Below are positions 56,516-64,000 of a stretch of DNA of 64,000 nucleotides, piece after piece. Under the pieces are notes generated by a model. It had not been told where the DNA came from and did no database searches. It saw only the letters and a list, made by a program, of their open reading frames with translations. This stretch comes from a virus. Every line of letters begins with the position of its first letter. The stretch's first letter is position 1. The translations under genes and the position numbers were made by a program. Location: the IMG/VR virus record IMGVR_UViG_3300034524_000090, positions 1 to 64,000 of that record. The stretch is one strand, 5' to 3'.

Positions 56516-59500
56516 ATGGATTCTAACGTCTTAGATCTGCTACAAAGGCGTTATTTTCTAAAAGATGAAAATGGTAATCTTATAGAAAATTCTTGGGAAG
56601 AACTTTGCGCTAGAGTTGCCGAAAATATTGCCAGCGCAGAGACTTCTCTTGAAAATAAAGAGCGATATAAAGATTTGTTTTATAAGGCGTTAGTTAATAT
56701 GGATATGCTAGCTTCCAGTCCAGTATTGTTTAATGCCAATACTCCACTACAGCAATTAAGTAGTTGTTTTGTGGGCGAACAACCAATTTTAACTTCTGAA
56801 GGGTTTAAGCTAATTAAAGATATTAAGGTTGGAGATTTAGTTGTTACCCATCAAGGCAGATTACGTTCAGTTTTAAAGACTTCTAAGCGTTATACCGAAG
56901 AGACATTATATACAATTTCGGTTGATAAAATGTATAAAGATACTTTAAAGGTTACTGGTGATCATCCTATATTAGGGATAAAAAGAAAAGATCTTATATG
57001 TAAGCGTGCCCGTAATTTAATCTGCACAGGTAAATTAAATAAACGTTGTTTATCTCAACCTAAACAATATAAACATGATTGTGAAAGACTAGGTGAGCAA
57101 TTATTACCATATTGGATTAAAGCGGAAGATTTAGAAGTAGGCGATTATGTTGTTGTTGGTACTATAAAGGAAACCAAAGATATTGATTATATTCGGATTA
57201 GTGATTTTATACCTTGTGATGTGTATATTAAAGATGGAGACTTTATTAAAGTTGCAGGACGGCCAAATTATGGTAAAGAAATTCCAGATAAAATACAGAT
57301 TGATGAAGATTTTATGTATATTGTTGGCTTATATCTTGGCGATGGTAGTGTAGTTCATAAAGATTATAATGTATCAAGTTGTGTAGGCTTTAGTATTAAT
57401 TCTAATAGGAATGATGTAGTTGATAAAATATGTGATTGTATGTATAGGGTATTTAATCTTAAACCCAATATTCATAATTATCCTGAACAGAATACTATCC
57501 AGGTCAGGTATCATTCCTTAATACTTGGATTATTTTTTGAACAATTATTGGGTTCTTTTTGTGATAAAAAAAGAATTCCTGATTGGATTTTATATTTACC
57601 CGAATCTAAACTAAAAAGTTTATTGGAAGGAATTATGGATAGCGATGGTTATCATTATAAAAATGATGTTTATATTGTCATGTGTAATCGTGACATTATA
57701 GAAAAGTTGTGGCTTATTTTGTTGCGTTTAGGGATATTGGCTAATATAAAAGAATTACCTATTCCTAAAGGTGGCAACAAGACTCCTTACTTGCTTAATT
57801 ATAAAGTAAGTCATAATTCTCAACATATTAAACTTGATGATTATGTACTTTTTAGGGTTAATGATATATCTACAGATATTATATCTGACTATGTTTATAA
57901 CCTTGAAGTAGAAGAAGATAACACATATGTTGCCAATGGGATTGTTGTGCATAATTGTTTTATTATAGATATAGATGACAATATGGAAAGTATAGCAGAG
58001 GCATGGAAAGAAGCGAGTCTAATCTTTAAATCGGGCGGGGGTGTAGGTTTTAACATTAGTTCTTTAAGGCCCAAAGGGGCTTTGGTTAAATCTTCTAATG
58101 GCGAAGCATCAGGCCCTATATCGTTTATGAAGGTATTTAATACTATCGTTGAACAAGTTAAACAGGGTGGTCGTCGAAAAGGTGCAATTAAAGTTGATCT
58201 TAATGTTGAACATCCTGATATAATTGATTTTATCCATTGTAAAGATAATACTTCTGAACTTAATAATATGAATATATCGGTTTCCATTTCTGATGCTTTT
58301 ATGGAAGCTGTTAAAAATAACAAAGATTGGCCTTTAGTGTTTAATAATAAAGTATATAAAGTAGTAAAGGCCCGTGATCTTTGGGATGAAATTATTAAGT
58401 CGGCCTGGGCTACTGGCGAACCTGGATTATCTTTTAGGGATACAATGGATAGGGCTAATCCTAATCCACATTTGGGGCATGTGTGGGCCACAAATCCCTG
58501 CAGTGAGTTTGTTAATATCCCTTATTCAAGTTGTCTAACTGGAGATACTAAAGTATTAACATTAGAAGGTGTTCGAGAAATAAAAGATTTAGTAGGTACA
58601 AGTGGTTTTATTTTAAGTGAAAATAATAAGTTTAATAAGTATCAAAATGTAGTATTTAAAGGCGTAAGGCCAGTTTATGAAATTATATTAGAAGGCAATT
58701 TAAAAATACAGGCAACAAAAGATCATAAATTCTTTACTAATAATGGATGGAAGCCTTTAGAGGAAATTAAAAAGGGAATTAAAATTAAAACTAGATCGGG
58801 TTATCCGTTAGTTAGTATAGAAGATTATGATGAAGAATATGAGATGTATGGATGGATGCATGGTGACGGGTGGTTTACAGAAAATAGTGTTGGCATTTCT
58901 TTTAATGGTAAAGATGGAGATTTTGATGTAAAAGAACGGTTGTTGCCGATATTTCGTTCTGTTTTTGAAGCTAATAATATAAAACCATTAAAAGATGATT
59001 TATGTTCTTTTCAACTTCAGATAACCAATAAAAAGGCAATAAAAAAGTGTGAAGAATTGGGATTTGTTAAAGGTCATGCTGATAGTAAAAGGTTGCCAAT
59101 TAGTTTTTATACTTGGAATATTAAACAACAAATATCGTTTATAAGAGGTTTGTTTACGGCTGATGGGTATATTGGCAAGGGGAAAAATAGGGGTATTATT
59201 TTATGTTCTACTAGTCTTGTTTTACTTGAAGAAGTTCAAAAGTTTTTAGCATCTATTGGTATTCAAAGTAGAATTACTACGGCCTCATTTAAAACTTGTA
59301 AGAGGAAAGATCAGCATAAATTGATAATTAATAAAGAATCATCTTATATATTTTATAATGTTATTGGATTTTCTGGTACAGCAAAAAGAAATAAATTTAG
59401 TAATGAAGTTGTCTCGAAAATATATAAAGACAAAGACTTTTTAGAGGTTATCGATATTAGATATGTTGGCAATAAAAGTGTTTTTGATATTATAGAAGTT

Positions 59501-60916
59501 GAACAAACTAATAGTTTTTATGCCAATGGTTTATTAGTTCATAACTGTAACTTAGCCTCAATTAATCTTGAAAATATGGTTGAAAATGGTGAACTTAATT
59601 GGGAAAAGGTTGAATATTATACAAGACTAACGGTACGCTTTTTGGATGATATGATTGATGTTAATAAATTACCATTGAAAAAGATTGAAGAAGTTACTAA
59701 ACTTATTCGGCCTATAGGTTTGGGTACTATGGGCTATGCCAATATGTTATATAAGTTAGGCATCCCTTATGGCTCCCAAGAAGCTGAAAATCTAACAAAA
59801 TTACTCTATGAATTTATCTATGAGACAGCTCTAGATGAATCTCAAAAGTTGGCTGAAGAAAGAGGTGTTTATCCTGGTTGGAAAGGCTCAGTATGGGAAC
59901 AAAAAGGCATTAAAGTACGTAATGCTAATTTAATGTCGATAGCTCCTAATGGCTCTATTAGTTTTATTGCCCAAACTACAGGTGGTATTGAGCCTGAATT
60001 TGCTTTAGTTTATCAACGAACTACTAACGAAGGGGTTAAATATTTTGTTTGTAATAAGGTCTTTAAGAAGGTATTACAGGAAAATGGTTTGTATTCTGAA
60101 GAACTTTTAAAAGAAATTTTTGAAGCAGGAGGATCAATACAGGAACTAGATTTGCCTCAACAATTAAAAGATATTTTTGTTGTAGCTCATGATCTTGATC
60201 CTTATAAACATCTAAAGACATTGGCTGTAGTACAGAGATATGTCGATATGGCTTGTTCGAAAACTATAAATCTACCCTCCTCTGCTACACCTGACGTGGT
60301 AGGAGCTATTTATATGAAAGCCTGGGAATTGGGCATTAAAGGGGTTACTGTATATAGAGATGGTTGTAGACCCAATCAGGTTTTAGCTACTGGTGCAACT
60401 ACTAAGGTTGAACAAGAAAAAGGTCAGGATAATAATAGTCGTGGTTACATTATTCCTGCTAAACAAAAAGCCAAAGGAATTAGAACTAAACTTTCTACAG
60501 GTTGCGGTTCTTTGTGGCTTTCTGCTTTTGCTGATGAAGATGGTAATATAATTGAAGTGTTTACAGATATTGGCCGTGGTAATTGTATTAGTAACACACA
60601 GGCACTTTCCAGAATGATTAGTCTTGCTTTGAGAGGAGGGATTAAATTAGAAGATATTATTGAGCAGTTACAAAGCGCTTGCACCTGTCCAAGTTATGCT
60701 GTTGCCAAAGCTACAGGTAAAGGAGTTTCTCCTGGCAAGTCTTGTCCTTCTGCTATTGCTGTTGCTTTAAAAGAATTACAAAAAGAATTTAAGCCCAATA
60801 TTGAAAAAGAAACTAAAGTTGTTGTTAAAACTTTATGTCCTCAATGTGGTAATGAATTAGTGTCACAGAGCGGATGTTGGCAATGTAATAACTGTGGTTA
60901 TAGTAAATGTGGTTAA
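56516..60916 (+). CDS. nrdJ: class II (adenosylcobalamin-dependent) ribonucleotide reductase with two inteins
   Basis: SPVLFNA, QLSS|CF, GGGVG, QGGRRKGA, TNPCSE, CNLASINL, IAPNGSIS; TSCPD-like C-terminal domain (KSCPSAIA) and Zn ribbon; spliced product about 731 aa. Confidence 0.93.
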   Translation: MDSNVLDLLQRRYFLKDENGNLIENSWEELCARVAENIASAETSLENKERYKDLFYKALVNMDMLASSPVLFNANTPLQQLSSCFVGEQPILTSEGFKLIKDIKVGDLVVTHQGRLRSVLKTSKRYTEETLYTISVDKMYKDTLKVTGDHPILGIKRKDLICKRARNLICTGKLNKRCLSQPKQYKHDCERLGEQLLPYWIKAEDLEVGDYVVVGTIKETKDIDYIRISDFIPCDVYIKDGDFIKVAGRPNYGKEIPDKIQIDEDFMYIVGLYLGDGSVVHKDYNVSSCVGFSINSNRNDVVDKICDCMYRVFNLKPNIHNYPEQNTIQVRYHSLILGLFFEQLLGSFCDKKRIPDWILYLPESKLKSLLEGIMDSDGYHYKNDVYIVMCNRDIIEKLWLILLRLGILANIKELPIPKGGNKTPYLLNYKVSHNSQHIKLDDYVLFRVNDISTDIISDYVYNLEVEEDNTYVANGIVVHNCFIIDIDDNMESIAEAWKEASLIFKSGGGVGFNISSLRPKGALVKSSNGEASGPISFMKVFNTIVEQVKQGGRRKGAIKVDLNVEHPDIIDFIHCKDNTSELNNMNISVSISDAFMEAVKNNKDWPLVFNNKVYKVVKARDLWDEIIKSAWATGEPGLSFRDTMDRANPNPHLGHVWATNPCSEFVNIPYSSCLTGDTKVLTLEGVREIKDLVGTSGFILSENNKFNKYQNVVFKGVRPVYEIILEGNLKIQATKDHKFFTNNGWKPLEEIKKGIKIKTRSGYPLVSIEDYDEEYEMYGWMHGDGWFTENSVGISFNGKDGDFDVKERLLPIFRSVFEANNIKPLKDDLCSFQLQITNKKAIKKCEELGFVKGHADSKRLPISFYTWNIKQQISFIRGLFTADGYIGKGKNRGIILCSTSLVLLEEVQKFLASIGIQSRITTASFKTCKRKDQHKLIINKESSYIFYNVIGFSGTAKRNKFSNEVVSKIYKDKDFLEVIDIRYVGNKSVFDIIEVEQTNSFYANGLLVHNCNLASINLENMVENGELNWEKVEYYTRLTVRFLDDMIDVNKLPLKKIEEVTKLIRPIGLGTMGYANMLYKLGIPYGSQEAENLTKLLYEFIYETALDESQKLAEERGVYPGWKGSVWEQKGIKVRNANLMSIAPNGSISFIAQTTGGIEPEFALVYQRTTNEGVKYFVCNKVFKKVLQENGLYSEELLKEIFEAGGSIQELDLPQQLKDIFVVAHDLDPYKHLKTLAVVQRYVDMACSKTINLPSSATPDVVGAIYMKAWELGIKGVTVYRDGCRPNQVLATGATTKVEQEKGQDNNSRGYIIPAKQKAKGIRTKLSTGCGSLWLSAFADEDGNIIEVFTDIGRGNCISNTQALSRMISLALRGGIKLEDIIEQLQSACTCPSYAVAKATGKGVSPGKSCPSAIAVALKELQKEFKPNIEKETKVVVKTLCPQCGNELVSQSGCWQCNNCGYSKCG
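56765..57955 (+). mobile_element. intein 1 with LAGLIDADG homing endonuclease (397 aa)
   Basis: CFVGEQPI...TGDHP...GLYLGDG...GIMDSDG...VYNLEVEEDNTYVANGIVVHN|C. Confidence 0.93.
58532..59545 (+). mobile_element. intein 2 with LAGLIDADG homing endonuclease (338 aa)
   Basis: CLTGDTKV...TKDHKF...GWMHGDG...GLFTADG...FYANGLLVHN|C. Confidence 0.93.
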
Positions 60917-61500
60917 TTAAAAGTTGGGAGGGATTAGGTTTGAGTATTTTTCAAGAAGGTAGATTAGGCATAGGCGTACAACCTTATCACATTAAATGGG
61001 CCAAGGTTAGACCTAATGCAATAATTCCTTCTAAGCGTCCTGGTGATGCTGGTTTTGATGTTTATGCTTGTATAGATGAGGATATTTGGATAGAGCCTGG
61101 GGAAACAGTTCTTGTCTCTACAGGAATTGCTTATGAAATTACTCCAGGCTGGCATCTAATTGCTAAAGAAAGAGGAAGTACGGGCAAAATAGGGTTAAAG
61201 ACTAGTGCGGGCGTAGTAGATGGGAGTTTTAGGGGAGAGATTTTTGCTTGCCTATATAATGCCAATGAAGAAAAGACTATTATACTAAGTGTTAATGAAG
61301 AACAGACTAAAGCTAAACTTCGTGCTGATGGTTTTACAGTTGATGATTATGATGAATTCTTTATTATCTATCCTATTACAAAAGCAATTCAACAATTAAT
61401 TCCCGTATACAGTCCAGATGGCACATGGGAAGAAGTTGACTATGAAAATTTGTCAAAAACTGAACGCGGTGATGGAAAATTAGGTAGTACAGGCAAATAA
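60907..61500 (+). CDS. dut: dUTPase (trimeric type)
   Basis: GDAGFDV, ERGSTG, GVVDGSFRGEI, QQL, RGDGKLGSTG; true start may be TTG near 60940 (GGGAGGG RBS). Confidence 0.9.
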   Translation: MWLIKSWEGLGLSIFQEGRLGIGVQPYHIKWAKVRPNAIIPSKRPGDAGFDVYACIDEDIWIEPGETVLVSTGIAYEITPGWHLIAKERGSTGKIGLKTSAGVVDGSFRGEIFACLYNANEEKTIILSVNEEQTKAKLRADGFTVDDYDEFFIIYPITKAIQQLIPVYSPDGTWEEVDYENLSKTERGDGKLGSTGK

Positions 61501-61503
61501 ATC

Positions 61504-61532
61504 TTGACAAAATAATCTCTAAGTGCTACTAT
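61504..61532 (+). promoter_or_regulatory. sigmaA-type promoter
   Basis: TTGACA-17 nt-TACTAT with extended TG; palindrome GCTACTA-TAA-TAGTAGC over the -10. Confidence 0.7.
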
Positions 61533-61575
61533 AATAGTAGCTAATTACCCTTGTCATTGTTGTATTCCTCCCTCG

Positions 61576-61611
61576 AGGCCCTGCTGTTCAGGGCAGGGCC
61601 TACTTTCTTTT
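61576..61611 (+). terminator. intrinsic terminator
   Basis: AGGCCCTGC/GCAGGGCCT stem followed by ACTTTCTTTT. Confidence 0.7.
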
Positions 61612-61627
61612 AAAATAGGAGGTTAAA

Positions 61628-62428
61628 ATGCAGTTAAATACAGTTTATAATATGGATTGTAGGCAAGGATTTTGGGAATTAGAAAAAGAAAATTTAAAAT
61701 TTGATCTTATTCTGGCTGATCCGCCTTATTTTTTAGACCGCAGTAAGACTATTAAGTTTAAAAATCGTAAAGATATAAACTCTCCTATTGAGTGGGATAC
61801 TTTTACAAGTGAGGATGAATATTTAAAGTGGACTGCCGATTGGCTAAATGAAGCTATTAATCTTCTTTCTCCTACTGGTCAATTAATTTGTTACTGTCGT
61901 GCTGAGTATATAAGCGATATAATTTCAATGATAAAGCAAAAAATAAACCACAAATGTACTATGTACTATGTAAAAACTAATCCTCCCCCTTCGGTGCGTA
62001 AACGTAATTACGTGTCAACGGTGGAGACTCTTCTTTGGTTCGTTAAAAATTCAACAAAATATACGTTTAATTTTCAACGACAACAAGATATGCGTAATGC
62101 TTTTATATTACCAATCCCAGGAGGCAAAGTAAGAAAGCAATATCCTCACCCTACCATGAAACCTTTACAACTTAGTGAGCATCTTATTAAAGTCCATACT
62201 AATGAAAATGATAATATTTTAATTCCGTTTGCTGGTGTTGGTACTGAATGTGTGGCCGCAAAAAGACTAAATAGGAATTTTGTAGGTTTTGAGATTGACC
62301 CTTATTATTATGAATTATGCCTTAAACGGCTTGGTATTAATAATATTGGTATCAATAATAATACGATAGAAAGGGCTGATACCAATGAACGACAAAAAAA
62401 TCCAACTAGGGAGGCATCTGTTGGTTGA
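61628..62428 (+). CDS. DNA N6-adenine/N4-cytosine methyltransferase (beta class)
   Basis: DPPY catalytic motif precedes HPTMKP and PFAGVGT SAM-binding motif; GFEID. Confidence 0.92.
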   Translation: MQLNTVYNMDCRQGFWELEKENLKFDLILADPPYFLDRSKTIKFKNRKDINSPIEWDTFTSEDEYLKWTADWLNEAINLLSPTGQLICYCRAEYISDIISMIKQKINHKCTMYYVKTNPPPSVRKRNYVSTVETLLWFVKNSTKYTFNFQRQQDMRNAFILPIPGGKVRKQYPHPTMKPLQLSEHLIKVHTNENDNILIPFAGVGTECVAAKRLNRNFVGFEIDPYYYELCLKRLGINNIGINNNTIERADTNERQKNPTREASVG

Positions 62429-62756
62429 GGTAGTTTTAAAAGAAGAAAATGCTGATATTCTTGACAACATTAATCAAATTAAAAAGGAATTAATTGAAGC
62501 TGTAAGTTATACGGGCGCAACAATTAAAGATGTTAGTTTTGTAAGATTTGAGCCTCAAGGAGTTAGTGGCGTAATTGTGATTTCTGAATCTCATTTTTCT
62601 GTTCATACTTGGCCTGAATACAATACAGCCGTATTTGACTTTTTTACCTGTGGTAATTGTAATCCTTGGAAAGCCATATCGTATTTAGTTGAATCATTGG
62701 AGGTGAAAGATTTGGTTGTCCATGAAGTGCCGAGGTATATGCCAATAGCTGTTTGA
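62385..62756 (+). CDS. speD: S-adenosylmethionine decarboxylase proenzyme
   Basis: LGRHLLVE, FEPQGVSGVIVISESHFSVHTWPE, DFFTCG. Confidence 0.92.
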   Translation: MNDKKIQLGRHLLVEVVLKEENADILDNINQIKKELIEAVSYTGATIKDVSFVRFEPQGVSGVIVISESHFSVHTWPEYNTAVFDFFTCGNCNPWKAISYLVESLEVKDLVVHEVPRYMPIAV

Positions 62757-62790
62757 CTGAAACAAAGTAAGGAGAGGATGGGATGGGGGC

Positions 62791-63951
62791 ATGTATGTTC
62801 CTTTACACGTCCATACCGAGTATTCGACATTAGACGGCATAGTTAAAGTACCAGATTATGTCAATAAAGTTAAAGAGTATGGATTGGAAGCTTGTGCTGT
62901 AACCGATCATGGTAATCTTGGTAGTGTTGTTAAATTTTATACTGAGTGCCGCAAAAATAATATTAAGCCTATTATTGGCTTAGAAGCTTATATTGTAGAT
63001 GATGTCAATGTTAAAGAACGTGATATGGCTCATATTGTCCTTTTAGCTAAGGACAAAGAAGGTTATTTAAATCTATTAAAGCTTAATAACTTATCTTTTC
63101 AGTATTTCTATTATAAACCACGCTTGGATTATAAGATTTTAAAAGAATACAGTAGTGGCCTTGTATGTATGTCAGCTTGTATGGCTGGACATATTCCTTC
63201 TGCCCTTCTACAAGGCGAGCATGATCGGGCCAGATATTATATTAACTTACTTTTGGAGATTTTTAAGGATGATTTTTACCTGGAAATCCAGGACAACAAT
63301 CTAGAAGATCAGTTCCTTGTTAATTCTCTTTTAGCCTCTTTGGGCAAAGAAAAAGGTGTACCTTTAGTGGCTACCAGTGATATACATTATCTTAATCCTG
63401 AAGAACAGGAAGCACATTTGGCGATTTTAGCCATACAGACGAAAAAAACCTTACAACAAATTCTTGATGGCAAAGATTTTTCAGGATTTGTTAATTCAGC
63501 CGATTTCTGTTTAAAGCCTTATGAGGTATTTAAAAATAACCTACAACAGTATCCAGAGGCTATAGCTGCCACTACCGTTATAGCTGATAAATGTAATCTT
63601 ACTATAGATGAGTTAGAAAATCCTAAGCCACTTTTTCCTGTTATTCAGTTGCCCAATAATATCACACCTGAAGAATACTTAACTAGATTAGTTAAATCAT
63701 CTTTATTACAACTAGATTTGCCGATAGACGATTACCAGAAATATTTTGATCGACTTCAGTATGAGTTGGAGGTTATTAATAAGCAAGGATTTGCTCCTTA
63801 TTTTTTGGTATTGAAGGATATAATTGATTTTTGTAGACGTGAAGGGATAAGGGTCGGACACGGCAGGGGTTCGGCCAGCGGTAGTTTAGTGAGTTATTTA
63901 TTAGGGATTACAAGAGTAGATCCGATTAGGCACGGTCTGTTATTTGAGCGT
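62791..63951 (+). CDS. dnaE: DNA polymerase III alpha subunit, 5' exon
   Basis: HVHTEYSTLDG PHP domain, TDHG, GLEAY, GRGSASGSLVSYLLGIT..DP...LLFER; homology stops where FLNP is expected. Confidence 0.93.
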
Positions 63952-64000
63952 AGTGTAGGTTGCGCTCGTTAAATCCCGTGAATTCGGTAAAAGCCCAAAC
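63952..64000 (+). mobile_element. 5' end of a group I intron in dnaE (truncated by window)
   Basis: Exon ends GAGCGU, which pairs with GCGCUC (63962-63967) giving the U-G splice-site wobble of P1; followed by GUGAAUUCGGUAAAAGCC, a P3/P4-like segment. Confidence 0.75.

Noticed and set aside
62791-63972. dnaE as a truncated pseudogene or split-intein N-fragment
   Set aside because: The tail after FER is too short for an intein N-fragment and forms a group I P1 helix
1-64000. tRNA/rRNA genes, alternative genetic code
   Set aside because: No cloverleaf or rRNA-like tracts in the few intergenic gaps; long ORFs are intact under the standard code and end in all three stop codons

Overview
All 64 kb is an AT-rich segment of a large tailed phage, most likely a long-tailed siphovirus of a Firmicutes/Clostridia host. 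The host call is inferred from strong GGAGG ribosome-binding sites, sigmaA-type promoters, a RemA homologue and copper-amine-oxidase-N-like domains. No host chromosomal genes, tRNAs or CRISPR arrays were seen. Layout: (1) 1-4.9 kb, a leftward accessory cluster with a two-frame C5 DNA methyltransferase, family-4 UDG, RemA-like regulator, RuvC-like resolvase and a P-loop kinase. (2) 5.0-7.5 kb, a switch region bracketed by a 15-bp direct repeat, holding a sigma-like gene, a ~530-bp array of long palindromes and a XerC/D-like tyrosine recombinase. (3) 7.6-47.6 kb, a rightward virion operon: terminase, portal-MuF fusion, a frameshifted speD, protease, scaffold, capsid, neck, tail tube, chaperones, 2735-aa tape measure, tail tip, modular fibres and holin. 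(4) 47.7-64 kb, replication and nucleotide genes: RecA, DnaB, DnaG, SSB, a free-standing degenerate intein, a 3D-domain protein, a papain-like protease, class II RNR with two inteins, dUTPase, an N6/N4 MTase, a second speD, and dnaE interrupted by a group I intron at the window edge. The best candidates for new biology are the repeat-flanked sigma/palindrome/recombinase module, the extein-less intein, the frameshifted speD inside the head genes, phage RemA, and a T4 gp36-like mini-adaptor fibre system. All protein calls come from motif recognition by eye; no database search was run.
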